NCBI GenBank assembly: GCA_965226375.1
Contig: CBDDCX010000007.1
Location: 544,001 to 608,000, forward strand
Origin: Longimicrobiales bacterium
GTDB taxonomy: Bacteria > Gemmatimonadota > Gemmatimonadetes > Longimicrobiales > Gaopeijiaceae
Length of the DNA: 64,000 nt
Direction of reading: 5' to 3'
Shown one piece after another: positions 42,545 to 52,148 of the stretch. The first letter of the stretch is position 1. Every line of letters begins with the position of its first letter. The notes beneath the pieces were generated by a model. That model had not been told where the DNA came from and did not search any database. It saw only the letters and a program-made list of their open reading frames with translations. The position numbers and the translations under genes were made by a program.

Positions 42545-45500
42545 CTACCAGCCGGGGGCGAGGACGAAGCCCCAGTGCGCGCCCTTGTCGGGCCGCTGGA
42601 ACGGGTAGGCGTAGTAGGACTCCAGAATCAGGAATCCGAAAATGTTGACCCGAGCACTCACGCCGGTCGAGAACACCGGCACCCTCTTCCCGCCGGAACG
42701 CACGAAGTCGAAGTCTACCTCGGAAATGTCCGTCCAAGCGAGTCCCGCGTCCGCGAAGAACACGAGCTCCGTGGGCAGGAAGGGGAAGTTCAAGAGTCCG
42801 AACTGTGGACTACCCAACACAGGTATCCGCATCTCCATGTTGGCCACGACTATCCGATGACCGAAGAGCCGGTCGGTGCCGGCGCAGCTTCCCTCAACGG
42901 CACCTGGCTCGAACGAGCTAATGGCACACTCCTCTGGCTCGAAGCTCTCCCAAGCGTAACCGCGAATCAGGTTCTGGAAGCCCAGGAAATACGGTTGAAT
43001 GATCGCCGTATTCCGGTTCGGATCGAGGTTGTTCCCGTAGCGTCCGAAGTGCAGACCCCGAGCGGCAAACGTGAGGTTTCTGTTCGGGCTCAGGTAGCGC
43101 CGGAAGTCGGCCACCAGCGACGTGTAGTTCAACGAGCCGAGAGTCTGGCCTATCTCTAAGCGGAACCGCCCACCGTCGATGGGCGAGGTGAATCCGCTGA
43201 GTGAGTTGTCACCCACGATGGCGATGTTGGCCGAAGCCAGATTGATCGCTTCTCGTGACGGCAGAGAGATTCGCTGTGCTGCTCCCACGCCTCCGAACGT
43301 GCCCAGATAGTAACGATCCTCCTCCAGGTCGAACGACCATCGCTGGACCCCGAAGTTCCCCTCCACTCGCCGGGTCGTCGAAAACGGGTAAGCCAGGAGC
43401 ATGCTGCTCTGCGTCAAGAATATCCGATTGCGGATGAGACCCATGTATGTATTGCCATCTTCGTCCGTGCCGAACGTCTGGTATCCCTGTAGGTAAGGGA
43501 TCCGCCCCATAGAGGCTCCCCAGTTCAGACGCCTCTCTTGATTGACGTAGAAAGCCTGACCCCCAATGTCCTTGTAGGTCCCGTTGGCTTGGATGGAGAG
43601 CCCGAGGGTACGATTTCCCAGCATGTCGCTGAAGAACGCTGAGGCACCGCCGCCCACGTAGTTCCCGAACCGATCGGTGCCCACTCCCAGGGCCGGTTGT
43701 CCCACGAAGTCCAGGTGGAGCGATGAGTCGTAGTCGACGGCGTTCTCGACCAGGTAGACGCCCGTGGGCTCGAGCCCGGTCTGCTTGTCAGAGAGGTAGC
43801 TTGCAACGCGACTCGATCGCGTGGGCAGGCCGGGGGGCAACAGTCGTCCCGGTTGCCGATCGGCGGACGCGGTTACGATCTCCCCGCCGGCATCGGCTTC
43901 ACCGGCTTGCAGGCTGTACACGTGGAACTCGAATGCGTCGAAGACCGTGAAGAGAATGGACCCCGCGTTTCGAGCCACGGATAGGGTCGGTGACATGCCC
44001 GTGATGCCACTCACCGCTGTGGACACACGTGTGATACGGCGAATGTCGGTCGTGTCGAACTCGTATTGGTAGATATCGCTGAAACCGTCCTGATCCGACA
44101 CGAAGTAGAGGCTCCGGCCGTCCGGCGCGTACTGCGGATTCATGTGCTTCACGTTGCCGAACATATCCAGCACTTCCACGTTGCCTGAGAGGACGTCCAG
44201 GAAAGCGATCTGGGGCCGGCTGTATTGAAGCGCCTCGAAATCGGTGACGCCGCCCCGGTCCGTTACGAACGCGATCGTGGTGCCGTCGGGAGACCAGGTC
44301 GGCTGGAAATCAGCGAACTTGTCATCCGTCAGCTGGGCGACGACACCGGTCTCGAGATCCAACCTGTAGATGTCGCTCACGCCGCCGGTCAGTCCCGAGA
44401 AGGCTATGTATTGTCCGTCAGGGGACCATGTGGGGCTGGAGATGGCTCCGACTTCATCGAGGTCGATGTTTCGCTCGATCTTGCCGCTGTTGACGTCGAC
44501 GATAGCTAGTTCGTTGTCGCCTTCGGCGAACACAGTGAACACGAACTGCTGGCCATCAGGGGACCAGTCCCCGGCGGAATCGATGAAGCGCAGGGCATCG
44601 AAGTGGGGATCCGCGTTGGCGCTCACGAGTTTTCGCCGGATCTCGCCGGTACGCGCGTCGGCGACGAACAGATCGATGCCGAAAAGATCCTTCTCCGAAA
44701 GAAACGCGACCAGGCGCCCGTCGGGGCTTACCGAGGGCGAGACATTCTGTTTGCCCGCACCCGTGGACGGAGCAAGGAGCAGCGCTCCGGATTCTCCGGG
44801 TGCCTGCCGCCCACCCATGAGTGGCAGGTATTCGTTCTCCACGGCCTCCCGCCACTCCACAGACAGGCTGTCCGAGGACGTGCCCAGGACCTGTTCCAGC
44901 GCCGGCTCCCACCCGACACGCAGGGACCGCCTATACAGATCCACCACCCTCTCGTCTCCATAGGTCCCGCCGACATAGGCCCACAGCGCCTGCCCGAAGC
45001 GGTAGGGGAAGAACCGTCGCTCCGTCGTCATCTGCGAAATGGTCGGAAGGTCGTCGCGTGCGATCGCGTCTCGAAGCCACATCGCCGTGAGCGGGTCTTC
45101 ACGGCCCACCGAGAGATATTCCGCCATGCCCTCGATCAGCCAGAGGGGCAGCAGCGACAGCCCCCTTATTCCGGCCCCGGACCGACCTTGGGCCACGTTA
45201 TACTGGAACGCGTGCACCAGTTCGTGGCCAAGAACGTGATCCGTGTCCGAATATGACCCGGTCAGGGGCATGATCACACGGTTCTTGAGCGACTCTGTGA
45301 CACCACCCGTGCCTTCGCTCAAGGTCCCTCTGAGCGTGTTGGTCTGCTGGAAGTCGGGGTGGTCCGCGTACAAAATGATCGGCTTCGGCTTCTCGAACTC
45401 GTGCTGGAACATGCGAGCGAAACGCTCATACCAGCGCTCTGCCATACGCGCAGCGTCCTCGACGGCCTCTCCCTCTTCGGGGTAGAAGTGGATGTCGAAG

Positions 45501-45670
45501 TGCGGCGTCTTGAGGATCTTAAAATCGAAGGTTTCGTACTGGACCTTGTTCCGCCCGAAGTACTGGGCCGAAGCGGGAATTGGGAGGATCAGAAGCGCCG
45601 ACCACGCAGCCAGGGCGGTGATCAGGCGTGTTCTGGACCCTGCGGCCCTGATTCGGTCGGAAGACTTCAT
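42545..45670 (-). CDS. Omp85/BamA-family outer membrane protein with N-terminal HExxH peptidase-like domain and PD40 propeller
   Basis: QYFGRNKVQY, HELVH...EGMAEY, repeated WSPDG, IRGY barrel motif, C-terminal W. Confidence 0.8.
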   Translation of the reverse strand: MKSSDRIRAAGSRTRLITALAAWSALLILPIPASAQYFGRNKVQYETFDFKILKTPHFDIHFYPEEGEAVEDAARMAERWYERFARMFQHEFEKPKPIILYADHPDFQQTNTLRGTLSEGTGGVTESLKNRVIMPLTGSYSDTDHVLGHELVHAFQYNVAQGRSGAGIRGLSLLPLWLIEGMAEYLSVGREDPLTAMWLRDAIARDDLPTISQMTTERRFFPYRFGQALWAYVGGTYGDERVVDLYRRSLRVGWEPALEQVLGTSSDSLSVEWREAVENEYLPLMGGRQAPGESGALLLAPSTGAGKQNVSPSVSPDGRLVAFLSEKDLFGIDLFVADARTGEIRRKLVSANADPHFDALRFIDSAGDWSPDGQQFVFTVFAEGDNELAIVDVNSGKIERNIDLDEVGAISSPTWSPDGQYIAFSGLTGGVSDIYRLDLETGVVAQLTDDKFADFQPTWSPDGTTIAFVTDRGGVTDFEALQYSRPQIAFLDVLSGNVEVLDMFGNVKHMNPQYAPDGRSLYFVSDQDGFSDIYQYEFDTTDIRRITRVSTAVSGITGMSPTLSVARNAGSILFTVFDAFEFHVYSLQAGEADAGGEIVTASADRQPGRLLPPGLPTRSSRVASYLSDKQTGLEPTGVYLVENAVDYDSSLHLDFVGQPALGVGTDRFGNYVGGGASAFFSDMLGNRTLGLSIQANGTYKDIGGQAFYVNQERRLNWGASMGRIPYLQGYQTFGTDEDGNTYMGLIRNRIFLTQSSMLLAYPFSTTRRVEGNFGVQRWSFDLEEDRYYLGTFGGVGAAQRISLPSREAINLASANIAIVGDNSLSGFTSPIDGGRFRLEIGQTLGSLNYTSLVADFRRYLSPNRNLTFAARGLHFGRYGNNLDPNRNTAIIQPYFLGFQNLIRGYAWESFEPEECAISSFEPGAVEGSCAGTDRLFGHRIVVANMEMRIPVLGSPQFGLLNFPFLPTELVFFADAGLAWTDISEVDFDFVRSGGKRVPVFSTGVSARVNIFGFLILESYYAYPFQRPDKGAHWGFVLAPGW

Positions 45671-45928
45671 GTGCACCTCAATTCGTGACAGACCAACACA
45701 AGCCAGCGCTAAACGTACTGCCTGACAGTACAGTTTCTCAACTTCCGTTCCCGCGATCTCTATCCCTGCATGTCTCACTCCGGTCGCCCGAAGCGGACGC
45801 TTCACCTCGAAAGAACGCCCGAATCGGGTCGATCAGTTCCAGCTTCAGCCCTTTACTGCGCTCCCCCTCTTATGCAAGATTCCTGCCCAGGCAAGCGTAC
45901 TCCCATGCTCAACTCATACGGGACACCC

Positions 45929-47164
45929 ATGTCATCCTTTCGTTCCAACATTCTTGTGCTTGCTGTGATCTTGGTCTCCTGCACCCCGAGTGACCGCGTC
46001 GTTGCGGGAATCGGGGAACTCGAGGTACTGGATGCGCCTCCTGCAGAGGGCAGTGTCTGGCCCGGCCTGTCCACGCAAGGAGACAGGATCGTCCTGAGCT
46101 GGCAAGAATCTGACGAAGATGACAACTGGTTCGTTAAGACCGCGACGTTGGATGATGGGGGCTGGTCGGCCGCCCACACCGTCGCCCGGTCTAGGGACGA
46201 CGCCAAATTTTTCGTGAATTGGGCTGATTTTGCCGGGGTCTGGCCTGTCGGTGATGAAGATCTGGCGGCCCATTGGTTGGTGCGTGGGCCGAACGGCGGG
46301 TACGACTACGGCATCCGTGTCGCTCGCTCCTCCGACGGGGGCGAGACCTGGTCCGAGCCCTGGACTCCGCACGAAGATGGCACTACCACCGAGCACGGAT
46401 TCGTTTCCATGTTCCCACTCGCCGACGGCGGCACGGGAATGGTCTGGCTCGATGGCCGAGAAACGGCCGGCGGGGAACACAGTGAGGGCCCGCGCGGTGC
46501 CATGACCCTCCGCTACCGAGCGCTGGCCCAGGACGGTACCACGGGACCCGAGGTCCTGGTCGACGACCAGATCTGCGACTGCTGCCAGACCGACGGAGCG
46601 CTGACGGCGTCCGGACCCATCGTTGTCTACAGAGATCGAACGGACTCCGAGATCCGGGATATCTACGTGACGCGGCTCGTGGATGATCGTTGGACGCCCG
46701 GTGCGCCCGTGCACCAAGACGGGTGGCTCATTCCGGCGTGCCCGGTGAACGGACCGGCCGTCGCCGCGCGCGGCGAGGCTGTCGCGGTCTCCTGGTTTAC
46801 CGGAGCCGACGACGAACCCAAGGTTCAAATGGCGTTTTCCGAGGACGCTGGAGCTACCTTCGGAGATCCCGTATTGATCGACGACGGGAACCCTCTGGGG
46901 CGGGTGGACGTTGTGTTACTCGGAGACGGTTCGGCGCTGGTCGCTTGGCTGGAGCGCACTCCCGATGCGGGAGAAGTGAGAGTTCGCCGGGTATTTCCCG
47001 ATGGCCGGTCGGGCGCCGCCAGCCTCGTGACCACGACGTCCTCTGGGCGGGACAGCGGTTTTCCGCGGATGATCCAGGATGGGAGCGGCCGGATCGTGTT
47101 CGCCTGGACCGAGGCGGGTGAACCCGGCACTATACGGATGGCTAGGACAACCGAGGCACTGTAA
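45929..47164 (+). CDS. BNR/sialidase-fold lipoprotein
   Basis: Lipobox LVSC, S.DGG.TW Asp-boxes, ICDCC, ACPVNGP. Confidence 0.8.
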   Translation: MSSFRSNILVLAVILVSCTPSDRVVAGIGELEVLDAPPAEGSVWPGLSTQGDRIVLSWQESDEDDNWFVKTATLDDGGWSAAHTVARSRDDAKFFVNWADFAGVWPVGDEDLAAHWLVRGPNGGYDYGIRVARSSDGGETWSEPWTPHEDGTTTEHGFVSMFPLADGGTGMVWLDGRETAGGEHSEGPRGAMTLRYRALAQDGTTGPEVLVDDQICDCCQTDGALTASGPIVVYRDRTDSEIRDIYVTRLVDDRWTPGAPVHQDGWLIPACPVNGPAVAARGEAVAVSWFTGADDEPKVQMAFSEDAGATFGDPVLIDDGNPLGRVDVVLLGDGSALVAWLERTPDAGEVRVRRVFPDGRSGAASLVTTTSSGRDSGFPRMIQDGSGRIVFAWTEAGEPGTIRMARTTEAL

Positions 47165-47683
47165 ATGAGCGTACTGTATCGAGGCGCAGGGCTGGCACTG
47201 CTGTTGTTCGTCGCAGCCTGCCTGGGTGTGGGTGCGGACTTGCGTCCGCCGCGGACGGGTGACGCGGCTCCGGACTTCGAGGTGATCGCGCTCAAGGGCG
47301 GACAAACGGTGTCGTTGGCCGACTATCATGGTGGCCCCGTCTTGGTCAACCTTTGGGCGACCTGGTGTGGACCGTGCCGCTTCGAGACCCCGTACTTGGA
47401 GTCCGTTTATGAGGAGTACCGGGACCGGGGACTCAAGATCGCCGGAGTGTCTGTGGATTCCCGGGCATCGATCGAGGCCGTGGAGGCCTTCCTGGCCGAT
47501 AACGGTGTCACCTACGATATCCTGCTCGATCCGGACATGACTTCCACCGACGTGTTCGCCGCGATCGGATTGCCGGCCTCGTTCCTCATCGATTCGGACG
47601 GGGTGATCATCTTCGATCGGTTCGGGCCGATTCTCGAGGGCGACCCGGACTTCCTGGCCGCTCTGGAGGATGCCCTCAACTGA
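47165..47683 (+). CDS. TlpA-family thiol-disulfide oxidoreductase
   Basis: NLWATWCGPC, GLP. Confidence 0.9.
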   Translation: MSVLYRGAGLALLLFVAACLGVGADLRPPRTGDAAPDFEVIALKGGQTVSLADYHGGPVLVNLWATWCGPCRFETPYLESVYEEYRDRGLKIAGVSVDSRASIEAVEAFLADNGVTYDILLDPDMTSTDVFAAIGLPASFLIDSDGVIIFDRFGPILEGDPDFLAALEDALN

Positions 47684-47702
47684 TAGGTTTTGGGCGATAC
47701 CT

Positions 47703-48839
47703 ATGTCGGTTCACAGTTCGTTGGAAGCCGTCGAGACCCCGGCCGGGGTCGCCGATCTCGCCAAGGTCCGGGCCAACCTGGAACGCGTGGTCTCGTACTG
47801 TAGCGAACACGGTTTAGCCTGGCGTCCCCACATCAAGACCCATAAGTGCACTGGCATGGCCCGGCTGCAGCTCGAGGCCGGCGTCCAGGGTTTGACCGTC
47901 GCTACACCCCGAGAGGCCGAGGTCATGGCCACGGTGTGCGATGACCTTCTGTTGGCCTATCCCATGATGGGAGACTCGAAACTGGATCGGGTCATGGCCA
48001 TTTCTGAGGACGTCCGGCTCACGGTCGGGCTCGATTCGGAGGATGCCCTCTGTGCAGTGGCTTCGGCCGCACAGCGCGCGGACAGGTCGGTCAGAATTCT
48101 GGTCGAGGTCGATCTCGGCATGAGCCGAGTCGGGCTGGAAACTACGGAAGAGGTCGTGCGCCTCGCCGGGCGGATCAGTGACTTCGACGGGGTCGAGTAC
48201 GCGGGACTGATGTTTTATCCCGGCCACATTCGTGGACCTCAGGAGGGACAGGACGCGCAGCTCGAAGTCTTGGCTTCCGACCTTCGTGCGCTCTACGAGG
48301 CATTGGAGCAAGCCGGTCTGTCCCCGGAAGTGGTGAGTGGGGGCTCCACGCCGACGCTCTGGCGCAGCCATGAGTTGCCGGGCCTCACGGAGATCCGGAG
48401 CGGTACCGCCATCTTCTTCGATCGGGAGGGTCTCAACATCGGTGTGGCCGAATCCGAAGACATGGCCTACACGGTTCTGGCCACGGTCGTGAGCACGTCG
48501 ATCTCAGGACAGGCGGCCATCGACGCGGGGTCGAAGGCGCTGTCCAAGGAGGGCAGGGGTGGAGACGAGGGATTCGCCGTACTGCTCGATCATCCCGAAG
48601 TGGTGGTGAAGGGGGTCTCGGAGGAGCACGGCGTTCTCGATCTCAGCAAGAGCGATTGGCGGCCCCGGGTGGGAGAACTCGTACGCGTGCTCCCCAATCA
48701 CGTGTGCGTCTCGGTGAACCTTCAGGACGAACTGCTGGTCCTGGTCGATGGCGCGGTGGAGAGATGGCCGCTCGAGGCACGGGGCCGACGGCATTTCAGC
48801 GATCGCGGCCCCGCGGTGCCCGCGGAGCAGACGACTTGA
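47703..48839 (+). CDS. DSD1/D-threonine aldolase family PLP enzyme
   Basis: RPHIKTHK, SGGSTP, DAGSKALSKE, SEEHG, PNHVC. Confidence 0.88.
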   Translation: MSVHSSLEAVETPAGVADLAKVRANLERVVSYCSEHGLAWRPHIKTHKCTGMARLQLEAGVQGLTVATPREAEVMATVCDDLLLAYPMMGDSKLDRVMAISEDVRLTVGLDSEDALCAVASAAQRADRSVRILVEVDLGMSRVGLETTEEVVRLAGRISDFDGVEYAGLMFYPGHIRGPQEGQDAQLEVLASDLRALYEALEQAGLSPEVVSGGSTPTLWRSHELPGLTEIRSGTAIFFDREGLNIGVAESEDMAYTVLATVVSTSISGQAAIDAGSKALSKEGRGGDEGFAVLLDHPEVVVKGVSEEHGVLDLSKSDWRPRVGELVRVLPNHVCVSVNLQDELLVLVDGAVERWPLEARGRRHFSDRGPAVPAEQTT

Positions 48840-49825
48840 ACCGACTCGGCGTCGACCGAATATCCGAGCTGCTGGAGAGGGCCCGGGACGTCCGGGTCCT
48901 GGTGGTGGGTGACGTAATGCTGGATCGCTACATCTACGGTTCTGTTGGGCGTATCTCGCCCGAGGCTCCGGTTCCTGTGGTGCACGTCGAGGAGGATTCG
49001 TCGGCCGTGGGCGGTGCCGCGAACGTCGCCGCGAACGTGGTGGCCCTCGGCGCCGCGTGTGCGATCGTGGGTTGTGTGGGTGATGACGAGGCCGGTCGGG
49101 AGCTCGAGAGAGCGCTCTCGGAACTCGGTGTCGAGCTCGAGGGGCTCATTGCCACGGAGCGTCCCACCACCGTGAAGACACGGGTCATGGCGCGTCATCA
49201 GCAGGTCGTACGCGTGGATCGGGAACAGGTCGGTGATATCGACGAGGAGACTGCCGACCACTTGGCCGAGGCGGCGCGTACTCTGTCGAACTCCTGTTCG
49301 GCCGTGGCCCTGGAGGACTATAACAAGGGCGTTATGGTCCCATCGCTCATACACGCGGTGCTCGAGGCGGCCGTCGAGTCGAATATTCCAACCGTTGTCG
49401 ACCCCAAGCGCCGGCGTTTTTTCGACTATCCCGGCGTGACGGTCTTCAAGCCCAACGCCAAGGAGTTGGAGGATGCACTGGGCGAGCCCCTCCGGCCCGG
49501 GGACGGATCGTGGATGGAGTCGGTACGGGCACGGTTGGGGTGCGGCCATCTTCTGCTCACGCTGGGTGAGCAGGGCATGGCGCTCCATTCGGAGGGGGAC
49601 GAATCAGTGCTTCTGCCGACGGCGGCCCGCTCGGTGTATGATGTCTCCGGTGCGGGGGACACGGTCACGGCGGTGTTGGCTGTCTGCCTGGCGGCGGGTG
49701 GGTCGGTGGTGGAGGCGGCTATTCTGGCCAATCATGCGGCGGCTCTGGGGGTGGCGAAAGCAGGTGTTGCTACGGTGACGCCGTCTGAGATCCTCGCCCA
49801 TGCCGAGGAGATCTTCGGCGAATGA
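48836..49825 (+). CDS. rfaE1: D-glycero-manno-heptose-7-phosphate kinase (HldE kinase domain only)
   Basis: GDVMLDRY.YGSVGRISPEAPVPV, GGAANVA, DYNKG, DVSGAGDTV. Confidence 0.88.
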   Translation: MNRLGVDRISELLERARDVRVLVVGDVMLDRYIYGSVGRISPEAPVPVVHVEEDSSAVGGAANVAANVVALGAACAIVGCVGDDEAGRELERALSELGVELEGLIATERPTTVKTRVMARHQQVVRVDREQVGDIDEETADHLAEAARTLSNSCSAVALEDYNKGVMVPSLIHAVLEAAVESNIPTVVDPKRRRFFDYPGVTVFKPNAKELEDALGEPLRPGDGSWMESVRARLGCGHLLLTLGEQGMALHSEGDESVLLPTAARSVYDVSGAGDTVTAVLAVCLAAGGSVVEAAILANHAAALGVAKAGVATVTPSEILAHAEEIFGE

Positions 49826-49898
49826 ACCGGACGGCAATATCGCGTGCGGAACGAGCCCGTGAACTATATATAACACAACATGTTACGGAGTATTATCG

Positions 49899-50285
49899 AT
49901 GAGTGACTTGAAGATGATCCATACCCCCGACGCCCCGGGAGCCATCGGCCCGTACTCGCAAGGTGTGGTGGTGGACGATTGGGTATTCGTCTCGGGACAG
50001 ATTCCCATGGACCCGACCACGGGCGAACTGATCGGCGGAGACGTTGCCGCACAGACCCATCGGGTCATGCAGAGTCTCTCGGCCATCCTCCAGGAGGCGG
50101 GAAGCTCACTGGACCGAGTGGTGAAGACCACGGTCTATCTTTCCGACATGGGCAACTTTGCCGAGATGAACGCCGTCTACGCCGAACATTTTGGCGATCA
50201 CCGGCCCGCCAGGGCGACCGTGCAGGCCGCGGGCCTTCCGAAGGCGGTGGACGTGGAGATCGACGTAGTCGCCAAGACGAGCTGA
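49899..50285 (+). CDS. ridA: RidA-family enamine deaminase
   Basis: APGAIGPYSQ, SGQIP, RPAR, VEID. Confidence 0.92.
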   Translation: MSDLKMIHTPDAPGAIGPYSQGVVVDDWVFVSGQIPMDPTTGELIGGDVAAQTHRVMQSLSAILQEAGSSLDRVVKTTVYLSDMGNFAEMNAVYAEHFGDHRPARATVQAAGLPKAVDVEIDVVAKTS

Positions 50286-50297
50286 ACCCTACGTGAC

Positions 50298-50666
50298 ATG
50301 ATGGTTCAGGAGAGAACGAAGAATGCGCGCCGACGTTGGTCCAGGACCGTCCTCGCGGCCCTTGTGGTGGCGACCTCGGCGTGCTCCGGGTTCGGAGGTG
50401 GTGACCCGTTCACCGGTACCACAAAAGCCCAGATCGTGATCGAGGTCGACAACCGGAACTTCAATCAGGCCACGGTCTGGATGCTCTCCGGCTCCGGTGA
50501 GCGGCGTCTAGGTGTGGTCAACGGCAAGATCCAGAAGACATTCACGATCCGGTGGCCACGCTCGGACGACCTGCGGTTGAGGGTTCGCGTACTGGGCGGA
50601 CGAGGCTTTACCACCGCGCGGCAGTTGGTCTTTCCGGGGGACCACGTGGAGCTGCGGATTACCTGA
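50298..50666 (+). CDS. Hypothetical lipoprotein
   Basis: Lipobox TSAC after hydrophobic stretch; beta-rich. Confidence 0.7.
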   Translation: MMVQERTKNARRRWSRTVLAALVVATSACSGFGGGDPFTGTTKAQIVIEVDNRNFNQATVWMLSGSGERRLGVVNGKIQKTFTIRWPRSDDLRLRVRVLGGRGFTTARQLVFPGDHVELRIT

Positions 50667-50800
50667 CGCTCACGTTCGCTGTCGGTTGAGGTTAGACGAT
50701 GGATCCCGACCGCGTGGCATCGCACTTCCCGAAGGACTTGCTGACTGGCACTGCGGCCCTATGATGGGCCTCCGACTGTACCTCCACTTCGGTGGATCGA

Positions 50801-50897
50801 GGGGGCGGAGGGGGTCTGGTGGCCCCACTGGTCTTCAAAACCAGCTCGCCCGGCTAAACCCCGGGCTGGTGGGTTCGATTCCCACACGTTCCCGCCA
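50801..50897 (+). tRNA. selC: tRNA-Sec (anticodon TCA)
   Basis: CTGGT-CTTCAAA-ACCAG anticodon arm, long variable arm GCCCGG...CCGGGC, GTGGG-TTCGATT-CCCAC, G discriminator + CCA. Confidence 0.95.
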
Positions 50898-51037
50898 TAT
50901 GTGACGTTGCTTATACAGCAACGACTTTGGGGCTTCGGCGGCTCTTCATGGGCCATGCCGGAGCCCCTTCTTACTTCTGGGTCTGGGCCAGGATTGTGCT
51001 GGGATTGTGCCATAGTGGTCTATTTCCGGGCAATCTT

Positions 51038-51135
51038 CTAGAGTGGCAGCACCCGTCTCTCGGTGTCCAGTTCGCCGTGCAGCCTAGCCAGCTTGCCGAC
51101 GCCCTCCTCTAAGACCTCATGGTCGGCGATGGCGT
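51038..51135 (-). pseudogene. C-terminal stub of a probable tyrosine integrase
   Basis: AIADHEVLEEGVGKLARLHGELDTERRVLPL* resembles the post-catalytic-Tyr helix; points toward selC. Confidence 0.5.
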
Positions 51136-52019
51136 GGGCTGTGGCGGGTTGGGAGAGGTCTGGCGAGCATCGCGGGGGCGTCTCGTCTGCCCACACTGTC
51201 GAAGGCAGACCTCGGTGCTGGCGGGAACCGTGTTCCACCGCACGCGCTCGCCCCTGCGTCTGTGGTTTCTCGCTGCCTGGGAGCTCACGAGCCAGAAATA
51301 CGGAGCCAATGCTCTCGGGCTCCAGCGCGTGCTCGGACTGGGAAGCTACAAGACAGCGTGGGTCTGGCTCCACAAGCTCCGCCGGGCCATGGTCCGACCG
51401 GATCGCGACCAGCTGAGCGGCGTTGTGCAAGTGGACGAGAGCTATGTCGGGGGCGTGGAGGCTGGAGTGCGGGGCCGCGAGACGATCAAGAAGGCCATCG
51501 TCGCGATCGCCGCCGAGGTCGACGGACGCAAGATCGGGAGAATACGGCTGCGTTGGGTGCCCGACCTCTCCGCTCCGGTTCTGCGAGGCTTCGTCAAGGA
51601 TAGCATCGCACCGGCAAGCACGGTGCATACCGACGGATGGCCAAGCTATCAGGGACTCGCCAAACTGGGCTTTCGCCACACGGTCACGAACCTCTCGACC
51701 TCCGGCGATCCCGCTCACGTGCTCATGTCGGCCGTACATCGGGTGGCGTCTCTCCTCAAGCGCTGGGTCCTCGGAACCCTCCAAGGAGGGATCGCCCGCG
51801 AACACCTCCCCTACTATCTGGACGAGTTCACCTTTCGCTTCAACCGACGCACATCCCGGGCTCGCGGCCTGTTGTTCTACCGCTTGCTTGAGCAGGCTGT
51901 TCAGTGTGCTCCCACGCCAGCTTCGGCCCTTTACCTCGGCACCGGACGTGGGAAACGGCCCGCAGAGCCCCGGTAACCACTATATCTTGGGGTCGGTGGA
52001 CTTAAGGGAATACCCCCTT
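51132..52019 (+). mobile_element. IS1595 copy 2, lacking left IR and 5' ~180 bp
   Basis: Matches the reverse complement of copy 1 from GCGTGGGCTGT to the right IR ...GGAATACCCCCTT. Confidence 0.9.
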
Positions 52020-52148
52020 AGACCCAATCCCCCTCGGGACTCCAGCTTTCGCAGCATTGAGCCGATATCTTGGGGTCGGTGGACTTAAGGGAATACCCCC
52101 TTAGACCCAATCCCCCTCGGGACTCCAGCTTTCGCAGCATTGAGCCGA
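51982..52148. repeat. 83-bp tandem duplication spanning IS1595 right IR and flank
   Basis: 51982-52064 = 52065-52147. Confidence 0.9.

Noticed and set aside
47165..47683. Sec-containing TlpA
   Set aside because: Active site is ordinary CGPC
50298..50745. Selenoprotein by UGA read-through next to selC
   Set aside because: UGA is not in a redox motif, the extension looks non-protein-like and no convincing SECIS follows
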